In this document: positions 44,653 to 54,685 of the stretch, in pieces
Layout of the letters: every line of letters starts with the position of its first letter
Position numbering within the stretch: the stretch's first letter is position 1
Source: a virus
Virus record (IMG/VR): IMGVR_UViG_3300025875_000013
Location: 4,583 to 68,582 of that record
Direction: 5' to 3' (one strand)
DNA length: 64,000 bases
Made by a program: the position numbers and the translations under genes
Notes under the pieces: generated by a model
Told to the model about the DNA's origin: nothing
The model's input: the letters and a program-made list of their open reading frames with translations, nothing else
Databases searched by the model: none

Positions 44653-47600
44653 ATGGCAGAAGTTGTATCAAAGGCAATATTCGAAACCGGGGATGCGCAA
44701 AGCAGTATTCAGGGTTTAATAAATAGTATTGAAAAGTATCAGAATGCGGTAGACCAAACTAATTCCGCCGCAAAACAGCCGTTCAAAGACAGTGCAAAAA
44801 ATATTCAGGATTTCAATAAAGAGCTATCCAACGGGGTAAAGGTTTATCAGAAAATTGAAAACACCGCGCAGGGCTACAAAGATGAAATAAAAAGGCTTAA
44901 CACATTACTACAAGACCTGACCAGAAGCCAATCTAAATTTATTGCCGCCGGTAAATACGATGTAATACAAAAAGATATTGCCAAGGTTAAATCCCGGTTG
45001 CAGGAATTAAAATCTGTTCAGGAGGACAACACCAAAGCCGGCAACGGTTTTGCTAAAGTTATTCAGAATATCGGGGCTACAATGGCCGCATATTTTGCTA
45101 TAGATACTATTATCAACCTGGGCAAGCAAATTTTTAATGTTACAGCGGAATTTCAAAAATTTGAAGCTGTACTTACTACCTCTTTGGGATCAAATTCGGC
45201 GGCGGAACGGGCTATGAACATGATTGCTGATTTTGCTGCTACTACGCCGTTCTCTGTAGCCGAACTCACCGATTCTTATGTAAAACTTGCCAGTCGGGGT
45301 ATCCGGGCTACGGCGGAGCAAATGGAGAATCTGGGCGATATTGCATCTTCTACCGGCAAATCATTTGACCAGCTCACGGAAGCTGTTTTGGACAGCCTTT
45401 CAGGTGAAAACGAACGCTTAAAAGAATTTGGTATTCAGGCGCAAAAAACCGGGCAAACTACACAGTACACATTTAAAGGCGTTACTACCGAAGTAAAGAA
45501 CACCAAAGAAGCCATATTAGCGTACATGGTTTCTTTAGGTGATCTGAACGGCGTACAGGGTTCATCAGAGGCTATTTCCAAGACTTTAACCGGACAAATA
45601 TCAAACTTGGGCGATGCGTTTGATCGCTTGCTTTTAACCGTTGGCAATCAACAGGAGGGTATTTTTGGCAGTACAATTAGCCTATTTACCCGCATGACTG
45701 AAAGGGCTACTTTCTTACTAAGTTCTGTAGATCAATTGGGAGAAAAATTAGCGTCAGAAGATGTTTCCAAGTTTGCTGAAAAAATAGAAGCCGACTTTGG
45801 TAAAATAGCGGAAAAAACTAAAGCGGCCGGGGGTGATGTTGCCGCTGTTCTAAGAGATCAGGCTTTTTTGTTGCAGCGCGACCTGGAAGAGAAAAGAGGC
45901 ATGGCGCAAGCGCAATTGGATATAGCCAAAGAGAATTACGACTTCTTAGCCAAAGCCGATGATTTTCTATTGGGCAGGACCACCAACAAAGAAGCCGCCG
46001 CCAAGATAGCAGCCGAAGTTAAAAAAGCAGAAGGCGAATTAGCAGCTATTGACGATGCTTTACGGGTTGTATTGGAAAGAAGCAGCGCAAAACCCGGATA
46101 TGATGCGGAAGCTGCTAAAAAAGCAGAGGATGAAGCTAAAAAAAGAGCCGCCGCATTAAAAGCAGCCGAAAAAGAACTACAGCGCGAACTGGAAGCTCTA
46201 GAAAAACAGGCCGCCCAGGCAAGGCTGGATATGCTGGATAAGAATTCCAAAGAGTACCAGGTTGAGTTATTAGCCCAACGCAGCAAAGAGATAGGCATTA
46301 TTGAGGATTCACTAAAAGAGGCAGAACGTAAAGCTGGGAAAGATGGCAAGCTTGACACCAAACAGGAAGATCAGTTAAGCATCTTACGGCAAGCCGCGCA
46401 AAAGCAATATAATGAGGCTATCTATAATATTGAACTGGCAGCTAGTAAAAAGCTACTGGACTTGCAGGCTGATTCGCATCAAAAAGAACTGGATCAGATT
46501 AATCAACGCTACGATGCAGAAATATTCGCGGCCAATGTTGCCAAAGACCGGGTATTAGCCGCCGCATTGGAACAGGCAAGGGAAAGGGAATTGATAGCCG
46601 CCCGTTTCAACCAACAGGAGAGTGATGCGGATCAGGGAGAAACCCTAGCTATTGAGGTTGCCACGCAGTACACTTATTCTGAATCTGATGATCCGGTAAA
46701 TATTGAACGGGATAAGCAGGAAAAAATATTAGCTATTCAGATTGAGTACGCTAAAAAGCGCATGGAAAATGCGTTGCTGCTATCCGGGCAAGAAGGTGAA
46801 ATACGCCGCTTAGAACTGAAAAACTACATTGACGAACTGGAAAAACAACAAAAAGAAATAGGCAAGCTAAATCAGGCAGACAAGTTCGATATACTGGAAT
46901 TATTAGGAGTAAAAGATGAAGATAAAGACGCGGTTAGGCAAGCATTTAATGAAGTAATAGGCTTTGTTAGCGATTTTACCCGGCAGCAATTAGATTTAGC
47001 CAATGAGGTACTAGCTTCACGCCGGGAGGAAGTTAAGGAAAAAGAGGGGCAGTTAGACCGGGAAATTGAATTAAATAAGCTGGGCTTCGCCTCTAATGTA
47101 GAAACTCGCCGCGCCGAATTAGAGGAGGCCAAAAAAGCCAGATCAGAGGCCATAGCAGATCAGCAAAAAGCGCAAAAAGCTCAGAATACCATTGATACCC
47201 TGCAACAATTAACAGCATTAGGAACAAGTGCCGCTAATATTATTAAAGGATTTAGTGCTATTCCAATAGTGGGCCTGCCTTTAGGTATTGCCGCTGTTAC
47301 CGCTATGTTCGTAGCCTTTGCCAGCGCTAAAAGCCGCGCCACCGCCGCAACTAAGGCCGAAAAGGGTTTAAGTTCAGTAGGAGGCAAGCGCCATGCGCAG
47401 GGGGGCAACCGGTTTGTGTCGATTGATAACCATAACGACGTACTGGAAATTGAAGAGGGTGAACGGATTGTAAACCGTAAATCCAATTCTAAATATTGGG
47501 AATGGCTGGAGGCTATTAACAATGATGATATGCGCAAATTTGAGCGCCTTGCTTTTAATTATACCCTGGAAGAAATGCCGATCCGGCCCCGCCGGGAATT

Positions 47601-47814
47601 AGCGCAGGAAATCGAAAAGAAAGCGGAAATTCAGCGCGAAATTAAAGACAAGTCTTACAACAATGAGGCGGTACTCAAAGAATTGCAACAGTTACGGGAG
47701 GAAGTAAAAGGGGTACGTTCCAATACCAACGAAAAAGAAGAAATCATTGAAACCCCGACCGAAACCATTCATAAAAAAGGTAGTCGTACCTGGCGGGTTA
47801 AGAAGCAAGCTTAG
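44653..47814 (+). CDS. tail tape measure protein
   Basis: 1053-aa ORF, largest gene in the tail module. Extensive coiled coil and Ala/Lys/Glu-rich repeats ('AAKKAEDEAKKRAAALKAAEKELQRELEALEKQAAQ'). Hydrophobic segment 'GLPLGIAAVTAMFVAFASA'. Confidence 0.8.
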   Translation: MAEVVSKAIFETGDAQSSIQGLINSIEKYQNAVDQTNSAAKQPFKDSAKNIQDFNKELSNGVKVYQKIENTAQGYKDEIKRLNTLLQDLTRSQSKFIAAGKYDVIQKDIAKVKSRLQELKSVQEDNTKAGNGFAKVIQNIGATMAAYFAIDTIINLGKQIFNVTAEFQKFEAVLTTSLGSNSAAERAMNMIADFAATTPFSVAELTDSYVKLASRGIRATAEQMENLGDIASSTGKSFDQLTEAVLDSLSGENERLKEFGIQAQKTGQTTQYTFKGVTTEVKNTKEAILAYMVSLGDLNGVQGSSEAISKTLTGQISNLGDAFDRLLLTVGNQQEGIFGSTISLFTRMTERATFLLSSVDQLGEKLASEDVSKFAEKIEADFGKIAEKTKAAGGDVAAVLRDQAFLLQRDLEEKRGMAQAQLDIAKENYDFLAKADDFLLGRTTNKEAAAKIAAEVKKAEGELAAIDDALRVVLERSSAKPGYDAEAAKKAEDEAKKRAAALKAAEKELQRELEALEKQAAQARLDMLDKNSKEYQVELLAQRSKEIGIIEDSLKEAERKAGKDGKLDTKQEDQLSILRQAAQKQYNEAIYNIELAASKKLLDLQADSHQKELDQINQRYDAEIFAANVAKDRVLAAALEQARERELIAARFNQQESDADQGETLAIEVATQYTYSESDDPVNIERDKQEKILAIQIEYAKKRMENALLLSGQEGEIRRLELKNYIDELEKQQKEIGKLNQADKFDILELLGVKDEDKDAVRQAFNEVIGFVSDFTRQQLDLANEVLASRREEVKEKEGQLDREIELNKLGFASNVETRRAELEEAKKARSEAIADQQKAQKAQNTIDTLQQLTALGTSAANIIKGFSAIPIVGLPLGIAAVTAMFVAFASAKSRATAATKAEKGLSSVGGKRHAQGGNRFVSIDNHNDVLEIEEGERIVNRKSNSKYWEWLEAINNDDMRKFERLAFNYTLEEMPIRPRRELAQEIEKKAEIQREIKDKSYNNEAVLKELQQLREEVKGVRSNTNEKEEIIETPTETIHKKGSRTWRVKKQA

Positions 47815-47841
47815 ACCGTCACACCTGGCACATCAGCTTAA
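47806..47841 (+). promoter_or_regulatory. 36-nt conserved element copy B (AAGCTTAGACCGTCACACCTGGCACATCAGCTTAAA)
   Basis: Overlaps the tape measure stop codon and ends 10 nt before the next gene's ATG. Confidence 0.4.
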
Positions 47842-47851
47842 AGAGAAATAA

Positions 47852-49756
47852 ATGATAGCTCCGTACCGATATATTTTACGCACCGCTACAGATCAAACCA
47901 TCCTAAACCCTACGGGCGTGGACGGGCTTAAAATACGCAGCGAAAAGGAAGGGGAAAACATCTTTCACCGGCGTAAGCTATCGGGAACATTGCGCCTGAC
48001 TGATAATGAAAATTCAAAAGATTTTGATAAGGTATGGCAAATTGAAACCAGCGCCGGGCGTTGTGAGGAAATATACCTGGATGTAGAAAAACTGTGTTCC
48101 GGTGTTTACTTACCGGAATGGCAGGGAGTAATGGGGATGAATGATGTTAAGTGGAATAAATCGCTGTGTCAAGCCGAATTTTTACCCCGGCCCAATGACG
48201 GTTACCGGCAAATACTGGAAAATTACACCAAAGAACATAATATCCTCAAGTTGCCGGCCACAGATAGCGTGAGCGTGAAGCTGGATTTTGAAGGCCAGTT
48301 TGAATTTTTGGCTATTGAAGCCGGTACGCAGCAAGATGTAGATGATGCGGACACGTGGGCGGTATTTTTGAATATAAAGCACTGGATACAAGGAGACTTA
48401 TTCCACAAAGGCCACTATGAAAAATTAGATGTGCTGTTCCGGTTGATTACCTACCGCGACTTAGTGGCTGGTGCAGCAGAAACTCTGGATACCTGGACTA
48501 TCATAAGCCAGGACGAAAGCAGCGCGAAATATGCCAAAGTGCCGGACTTGTATAATTTTGAGCCTTATGTATGGGCCTCTGACGAAGATTTTGACAAGTA
48601 TCCGGAATTGCGGCAAATACCGTGTAATAGCGATTACGATACGGTCAACTACATACAGGCTACTGATAGGTGTTTGAATATCCGGAAAAAGATAACCGAA
48701 GACCGGTATATGAATATTATTTGGGAGTTCGGCCGCTTTAATTTTAACCGGAACCGGAAATTACTCAATGTTATTCACTACCTGGTACAGCAAACCGCCC
48801 CGGATGCCGCACCTTTGCAGCCCGGCGAATTAAGCGAATTCTTTACCTCTGAAATTAATTACGTCACCAATGAGCCTAACAAGCTGATTAACCTCTTAAT
48901 AGCGCAAAAGAGCGACATACTAAGCTGGAAAAGCAGTGAAGCCGCCACAAAGGGTATGTTAAGCCTCAAAGACTTGCAGGAAGAACTACACTCCATGTTC
49001 GATGTGCATTGGTTTTTGAACGCAGCAGGTAAATACCAGATAGAGCACCGCTCTTATTTTGAAACGCTCACTACGGTAGATTTAACCGTACCCAAATACG
49101 CGGACTACGTGCGGGGTAAGTACGCGTATTCCTACGATATCGATAAGATGCCACGCTACCAGAAATTAACCTTTCCCACGGCCTTAAATGAAGATTTTGA
49201 GCAAGGAATAATAGAATACAGCGGGGCTTGCGTTACCTATCAGGAAGGCCAGGACACGCAGGAAAAAACCGTTAGCAAAATTACTACTGATATTGAGTAT
49301 CTGGTCACGGCGTCGGGAGCGGATAAAAACGGTTTTGTAATGATCTGCCAGCAAAACAACGAAATTGCCAAAGAAGCCGGGGTAATCACGGGCGAAATAT
49401 TACCCAATGCGCATTTAGCCGCCGCTAATCTGGTGCAAGCCTACTGGACCCACGGGCGGGTATTGTTTACCGGGCTGGTTAACGGTAACCCGAAAGTATT
49501 CCGCAGCGTGGAGAAAACCAAGAAGCAGGTGGAATTAACTATTCCTATCTGCTGCGGGGAAGAGTTTGGTGCTTTTGCCGAATATATAACCGAATTAGGA
49601 GCTGCCGGGGAATTAGTAAGTTCCGATTTAAGCCTGAAAGACCAGTTTATTACCTTAACGGTAGCCTTTGCCGCCGGAGAGCCGGTAGAAGGGGAGCCGG
49701 TAATACCGAAAGACCCGCGTCAGTTCGATGATTCTTTTGATGATTCCTTCTTATAA
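47852..49756 (+). CDS. distal tail protein-like / baseplate component (putative)
   Basis: 634-aa ORF directly after the tape measure gene. Position analogous to Dit. Confidence 0.4.
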   Translation: MIAPYRYILRTATDQTILNPTGVDGLKIRSEKEGENIFHRRKLSGTLRLTDNENSKDFDKVWQIETSAGRCEEIYLDVEKLCSGVYLPEWQGVMGMNDVKWNKSLCQAEFLPRPNDGYRQILENYTKEHNILKLPATDSVSVKLDFEGQFEFLAIEAGTQQDVDDADTWAVFLNIKHWIQGDLFHKGHYEKLDVLFRLITYRDLVAGAAETLDTWTIISQDESSAKYAKVPDLYNFEPYVWASDEDFDKYPELRQIPCNSDYDTVNYIQATDRCLNIRKKITEDRYMNIIWEFGRFNFNRNRKLLNVIHYLVQQTAPDAAPLQPGELSEFFTSEINYVTNEPNKLINLLIAQKSDILSWKSSEAATKGMLSLKDLQEELHSMFDVHWFLNAAGKYQIEHRSYFETLTTVDLTVPKYADYVRGKYAYSYDIDKMPRYQKLTFPTALNEDFEQGIIEYSGACVTYQEGQDTQEKTVSKITTDIEYLVTASGADKNGFVMICQQNNEIAKEAGVITGEILPNAHLAAANLVQAYWTHGRVLFTGLVNGNPKVFRSVEKTKKQVELTIPICCGEEFGAFAEYITELGAAGELVSSDLSLKDQFITLTVAFAAGEPVEGEPVIPKDPRQFDDSFDDSFL

Positions 49757-49790
49757 ATTGATTATCTTATATACTGAAAACTAATAATAA

Positions 49791-50471
49791 ATGGCAGGCA
49801 GATCGCAGGTATGGAATAACATACTTTCCCTTATTACGGATCAGTTAAACCGGCAAAACACCGCCGCCAGAGTAAGGGCGGCCTTAAAATTAATCCTGGA
49901 TAACAGCTATAACATTACTGATACGGTAATAGGTATTGATGATGTGCGGGGGTTACGGGAGGTTTTAACCGTATCGGTATTACCTTCTTTAGCTACCGCC
50001 GAATCTAACGGATTATTAAGCGCTGCTGATTTTATTTATATCCGTTCCTTAGAAGAAAGGTTACTAGCCTTAGAGCAATCCGTAGCCCGTATTTTGAACG
50101 GGGGGCAGGGTGCCCCAGCTTTTCCTTTTATTATTGTCGATGTTTTAGAAGTTGAAGAAACCTTGCCGCAGGGCGGGCATCCTAATTACGCTTACGCCTG
50201 GAAAACGCTTAACGCCGATAATAAAATAGAACTACATACCTGGGTGTGGATACCCGGCGTAGGACAGTACGTGGATTTTGGCGTTTACGGTAGTGGGGCT
50301 GGGGGTGGAGGTACGTTGTTTATTCCTATTACCAAAGATCAATACGGTACACACCCCGCATTTAACAGTCAAAGAGAAATAGACGCCTTTTTATTAGGCA
50401 AATCTACTACTTCTACTACAAGCGGCAGCAGCGGTTATGTAGATGATATAAACAACATTTTTACTTTTTAA
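49791..50471 (+). CDS. hypothetical tail protein
   Basis: 226-aa ORF with a Gly-rich stretch 'GVYGSGAGGGGTLF' and an S/T-rich C-terminus. Confidence 0.3.
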   Translation: MAGRSQVWNNILSLITDQLNRQNTAARVRAALKLILDNSYNITDTVIGIDDVRGLREVLTVSVLPSLATAESNGLLSAADFIYIRSLEERLLALEQSVARILNGGQGAPAFPFIIVDVLEVEETLPQGGHPNYAYAWKTLNADNKIELHTWVWIPGVGQYVDFGVYGSGAGGGGTLFIPITKDQYGTHPAFNSQREIDAFLLGKSTTSTTSGSSGYVDDINNIFTF

Positions 50472-50472
50472 A

Positions 50473-53400
50473 ATGGCAGCACTAAACGAACGGGAATTTA
50501 CTTATACTACTGTCGAAGGCGTTGTAGTAGATTGGACGGTTTGCAATACCTCTAATGCCAGGCTGGTAAATGGCAAGATTCAGCTAATACTGCCTAACGT
50601 AAATATCGCCGTAGGCATGTTAAAGGTGCGCCCAGTGGGTAGCACTGATCCGGCATCGGTAATAAGCAATCACGCGCCTTTCACCGCTAAAACGCTAACC
50701 CCTAACCAATACCAGGGTACGAATGATGAAGGCGAATGGGGTATTTGGGATTTACCCGAAAGCGCAGAGGCGGTTGTTCTAAGTATGGTGGATAACCTCA
50801 CCAATGACTTCTACTTTCAGCCGTTATCTGCTACCAAAAACGATCACGAATTCACCTATACCGGAGCCGATAATGAAGGAAACTTTGTACTGGTTAACTG
50901 GACAAAGCTTACGGAAGCTAATTCCAGCTTAGAAAACATCAACGGCGAATCCTTTGTCAGAATAAATGTAGGGGACGTTAATATACCCGTAGGAGAATTA
51001 CAATACAGGTTAGTTGGTGGTGGTGAAGCTTATTTTAATAGGGATGCTTTTACAATTATTGCTGTTAGTAATGCTAATGTTACCGAATTTACCCCGATTG
51101 CCGCAAACCAATTTGCCCCACCCAACCATCCGGCAGCAGCTACTTTAATGGAGGCCCTGGAATATTTGTATACCAAGGCTGGTAGTGGAGCTGAACCAAT
51201 AAACACACCACCAGTAGCCAGCGCCGGGGCAGATAATGTAATTACACTACCTACAAATACGGTAGTTTTACAAGGTTCGGCTACGGATACAGACGGCACA
51301 ATAGTTTCTTATTTATGGGAGCAAGTTATTGGGCCGGCTGTAAATATTTCTAATCCCAATATAGCCCAACCTACCGCAGGGATATTTAATACCCCCGGTA
51401 CGTATGAGTTTAGGTTAACTGTTGCTGATGATAAGGGCGCAATACATACGGATAGTAATGTCATAACAGTAAATCAGCCCATATCGCAGGGTACGGCAAA
51501 AGTTATGGTAATGTCCGGACAAAGTAATATTTTAGGGTATGCTTATCGTACAGATTTAGACGACCCCTCCTACAGCTACTTAGACCTTAAACGGGAGTTT
51601 CAACGGGTAAAAATATGGAACCCGACTACAAATGCTTACGAAAAATTAAAGCTAGGCGTTAATTCCTTAAATAACGAACTAGAAGAGCTTAACGGTAGAC
51701 CCCTGGGATTCGGGCCAGAGTTAGCCATTGCAGCAAGATGGGAATTAGAGAACTCAACCGAAACACTATATATTGTTAAGCATGGCTGGGGCGCTACCAC
51801 TTTGCAGGATTGGGCTAAAGGGGGGAAATATTACAATGAACTTAAAAGTAGGTCGGATAAGTCGCGCATATGGTTAACAAATAACGGGTTTATAGACGAA
51901 AGAGTAGGTGTTGACTGGATGCAAGGCGAATCAAGTTCCGCCGGAGAAACAACAGCTAGTTACCAGGCAGCTTTAACTCAGCTGATGGCTGATTTTGAGG
52001 CTGATGGAATCATTTCTGCTGCTTCCCGCCGTGTTATTTCAGAGGCCCGGAATCGCCCGGAAATTTCTTTGGCTCAAGAAGCATACGTAAATTCCGACCC
52101 AACCCGTGCTCGGTTTATTGATACGACATTTTATTCTGTTATTGCAAATGATGTTTTACATTATAACGCAAAATCTGTTATAAGAAGCGGTGGAACAGAT
52201 GTATATAATGCTATTTTTGGTACGACAGGCCGACTAGTTGAATTAAATTATTTGTTGAAGGCTAAATCTTATGTAGGCGCTAATACCTCCGAAACTTGGG
52301 TTAATCTAGCTAATTCAGCAAAGAATGTATACCAGCCCGATGCAACCAAGCGCTATACATTAGAGCCAAATGTCTTAAACGGCAAAGCTGGCTATTATTC
52401 TGACGGCACCAATCAAAAGCATTTTATTGTCCCACCATTACGTAGTGATGCCGGAGAGTATACTGTACAATTTGCCGTAAGGCCAACTGTAGCGAACAAC
52501 GGAATAACTCTAATGGATATACAAAGTGGTCGGACTGTTATGGGAGTTGGAACGAATAATGATGTCTTTACCGCTACGGTTCGCTACAATAATGCACCTA
52601 AGTTATCGCAAGCTTTGCACGTGGTAACCTACAAGCTGCAAAGTGGCACAAATAAGGCGGAAATGTGGATAGACAAAACAATAGTATGGACAGGTACTAT
52701 TACACCTTTGGCTATGCAGGGGCTAATCAATATTGGTAAGTTTTATGATAATGGCCAGGTAACACCAATTGTTGGTTATATATTCGGTGCATTTGTTATT
52801 GATGAAATATTGTCCACTAATGACATTAATGCCAATATTGACGCTTTTTATGCTGATTTAATACCCAATGGAGAGGTTGAAGTAAGTTTGCCTGCCACTC
52901 CCGTAAGTGCTTATAAAATGTATGCTAAATCTTATGAAGGTGCAAACACTCCTGAAACGTGGGTTAATCTGGCTAATAGTGCGGTTAATATTACCCAAAA
53001 CGACCCTGCTAAACAGTTTACTTTGCAAACTAATGTATTAAACGAAAAAGCTGCTTATTTTACCAGTGGTACAAATGGAAACTTCTTCAACGTACCTGCT
53101 TTATCTTCTACGAGTACAAGTTACACCGTTCAATTCGCCTATAAACCTAGTGGTTCAAGAGGGGTAACCTTTATGGATATTCAGTATGGGCGCACTCTTT
53201 TTGGTATTGGTACTTCGTACGATTTAATGGTAGGTGGAACAACCAAAAAGGCAGGACTTCCCGTTTTAAGTACTAATCTGAACGTTATAACTTATAGATT
53301 AAATGCTACAACAGGTGTAGCTACTATTATGGTTAATAAGGATGTGGTTTTTACAGGCACTACCGGGGGTACAGCAATGAATGGAAGTATAGTAATAGGA

Positions 53401-53538
53401 AAGCAATATGATGGACCCGGTGCACAAATGATGGGCTATTTATTCGGTGTTTTGATTATTGCTGCTAACCTTACCGATGCAGAGGTTTACAAAAATATAA
53501 ACATGTTCCGAACCGATTTAGGCTTGGAGGCTATCTAA
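50473..53538 (+). CDS. tail fiber / receptor-binding protein with PKD-like domain, SGNH/SASA-type esterase domain and duplicated lectin-like domains
   Basis: PKD-like segment 'TVVLQGSATDTDGTIVSYLWEQVIGPAVNI...GTYEFRLTVADDKGA'. SASA/SGNH motif 'VMVMSGQSNILGYA'. Two ~190-aa tandem repeats ('YVGANTSETWVNLANSAKNVYQPDATKRYTLEPNVLNGKAGYYSDGTN...' and 'YEGANTPETWVNLANSAVNITQNDPAKQFTLQTNVLNEKAAYFTSGTN...'). N-terminal repeats 'EFTYT...'. Confidence 0.55.
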   Translation: MAALNEREFTYTTVEGVVVDWTVCNTSNARLVNGKIQLILPNVNIAVGMLKVRPVGSTDPASVISNHAPFTAKTLTPNQYQGTNDEGEWGIWDLPESAEAVVLSMVDNLTNDFYFQPLSATKNDHEFTYTGADNEGNFVLVNWTKLTEANSSLENINGESFVRINVGDVNIPVGELQYRLVGGGEAYFNRDAFTIIAVSNANVTEFTPIAANQFAPPNHPAAATLMEALEYLYTKAGSGAEPINTPPVASAGADNVITLPTNTVVLQGSATDTDGTIVSYLWEQVIGPAVNISNPNIAQPTAGIFNTPGTYEFRLTVADDKGAIHTDSNVITVNQPISQGTAKVMVMSGQSNILGYAYRTDLDDPSYSYLDLKREFQRVKIWNPTTNAYEKLKLGVNSLNNELEELNGRPLGFGPELAIAARWELENSTETLYIVKHGWGATTLQDWAKGGKYYNELKSRSDKSRIWLTNNGFIDERVGVDWMQGESSSAGETTASYQAALTQLMADFEADGIISAASRRVISEARNRPEISLAQEAYVNSDPTRARFIDTTFYSVIANDVLHYNAKSVIRSGGTDVYNAIFGTTGRLVELNYLLKAKSYVGANTSETWVNLANSAKNVYQPDATKRYTLEPNVLNGKAGYYSDGTNQKHFIVPPLRSDAGEYTVQFAVRPTVANNGITLMDIQSGRTVMGVGTNNDVFTATVRYNNAPKLSQALHVVTYKLQSGTNKAEMWIDKTIVWTGTITPLAMQGLINIGKFYDNGQVTPIVGYIFGAFVIDEILSTNDINANIDAFYADLIPNGEVEVSLPATPVSAYKMYAKSYEGANTPETWVNLANSAVNITQNDPAKQFTLQTNVLNEKAAYFTSGTNGNFFNVPALSSTSTSYTVQFAYKPSGSRGVTFMDIQYGRTLFGIGTSYDLMVGGTTKKAGLPVLSTNLNVITYRLNATTGVATIMVNKDVVFTGTTGGTAMNGSIVIGKQYDGPGAQMMGYLFGVLIIAANLTDAEVYKNINMFRTDLGLEAI

Positions 53539-54119
53539 TGAAAAGACTAATATCCGGTAATTTTTGGAATGGAATATTCACGCATCTGGGCTTCACTGGC
53601 ATGAAAGATTATTTTGCCACGGTGTTAGGCTTAAAAGTTGGTGAGTTTTTCTCTATAAAGGTTATCGGTACATTTGTTGCCGCGGTAATAGCTTTCTTTG
53701 CGGAATGGATTTGGTTTCAGCCTTTGGCTATTGGGCTATTTGTAGTAATGAACTTTGGCAATGCCCGGTACGGTTACCTGGTGGCAAAAGCAAAAGGCGA
53801 ACCTTTCAGCTGGGCTAAATTCAAGAAAACGCATTCTATTATTGTTTCAGACGTGTTTATCATGGCCTTGTTACATAATGCGGTTAAGTTACACCCGGAA
53901 TACCATTGGATTAGGGATGTGCTCTTTGGCTGGTTATTCGGCGATAAATTCCGGGCAATATTATCGCACATGGCAGAGTTAAGATTACAGAGCGAAGGAT
54001 TGAAAGGCGTATTATTATCTATAGCAAAATATATACTGAAAACAAAATTCGGAACTAATTTTGTTGATGAAATGCAGCAGATTGAAACAAAAAAAGAAGA
54101 AGTTCAAGTAAAAAAATAA
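53538..54119 (+). CDS. membrane protein (holin-like candidate)
   Basis: 193-aa ORF with several hydrophobic helices, at the start of the lysis cassette. Confidence 0.3.
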   Translation: MKRLISGNFWNGIFTHLGFTGMKDYFATVLGLKVGEFFSIKVIGTFVAAVIAFFAEWIWFQPLAIGLFVVMNFGNARYGYLVAKAKGEPFSWAKFKKTHSIIVSDVFIMALLHNAVKLHPEYHWIRDVLFGWLFGDKFRAILSHMAELRLQSEGLKGVLLSIAKYILKTKFGTNFVDEMQQIETKKEEVQVKK

Positions 54120-54124
54120 ATAAA

Positions 54125-54682
54125 ATGGAAGAATTATATTCTTATGTACCGCATATTTGCGTATTTTTAATCGTGTTAGGGATTATCCTGATTGTGTACC
54201 CGGTTGCCGTCCGCGTTGCCAGCGATATTTGTATTAATCCTGTTACTGGCAAGTTGGCAGAAAAGAGTACCTACGCCTTTGGAGCGTATATTGTAGGTAT
54301 GCTTACTTTTCTAAATGATTTTGTACATCTTAGTTTTAATCCGGTATTTGAATTTCATTTCGACAAGGTGCCGATTGAGAAACAAGTTTTGCTCTTTGGG
54401 GCAGCGGGAATGTTAGCTGGATTTAACGTAGCTGGTAAATTCTTTAGCCGAAAAACGAAAGACGGTTATGGAAACGACTTGGCCCCAATTGTAACAAGCG
54501 CCCCGGCCCCAAATATAAGCGCACCTTTGGAGCCTATGGATGCCGTTAATACAGAGCCGATACCAGAAGTGAAAAGCGAATGCCCGGCGGCTAAGAAAGC
54601 GGCAGAGATGGAGATTAACGCTAATGCCACGGTGCCTTTTGTAGCAAAACGCGCGAATGATGATGAAGGCGTAAGTAAATGA
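54125..54682 (+). CDS. membrane protein
   Basis: 185-aa ORF with TM helices ('ICVFLIVLGIILIVYPVAV', 'AFGAYIVGMLTFL'). Confidence 0.3.
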   Translation: MEELYSYVPHICVFLIVLGIILIVYPVAVRVASDICINPVTGKLAEKSTYAFGAYIVGMLTFLNDFVHLSFNPVFEFHFDKVPIEKQVLLFGAAGMLAGFNVAGKFFSRKTKDGYGNDLAPIVTSAPAPNISAPLEPMDAVNTEPIPEVKSECPAAKKAAEMEINANATVPFVAKRANDDEGVSK

Positions 54683-54685
54683 TAG

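Noticed and set aside
45435-47537. Minus-strand ORFs inside the tape measure gene (45435-45647, 45936-46361, 46872-47153, 47181-47537).
   Set aside because: Antisense to an 1053-aa coiled-coil ORF. Their Ser/Ala-rich low complexity is a mirror of the GCN/AAR-rich sense strand.
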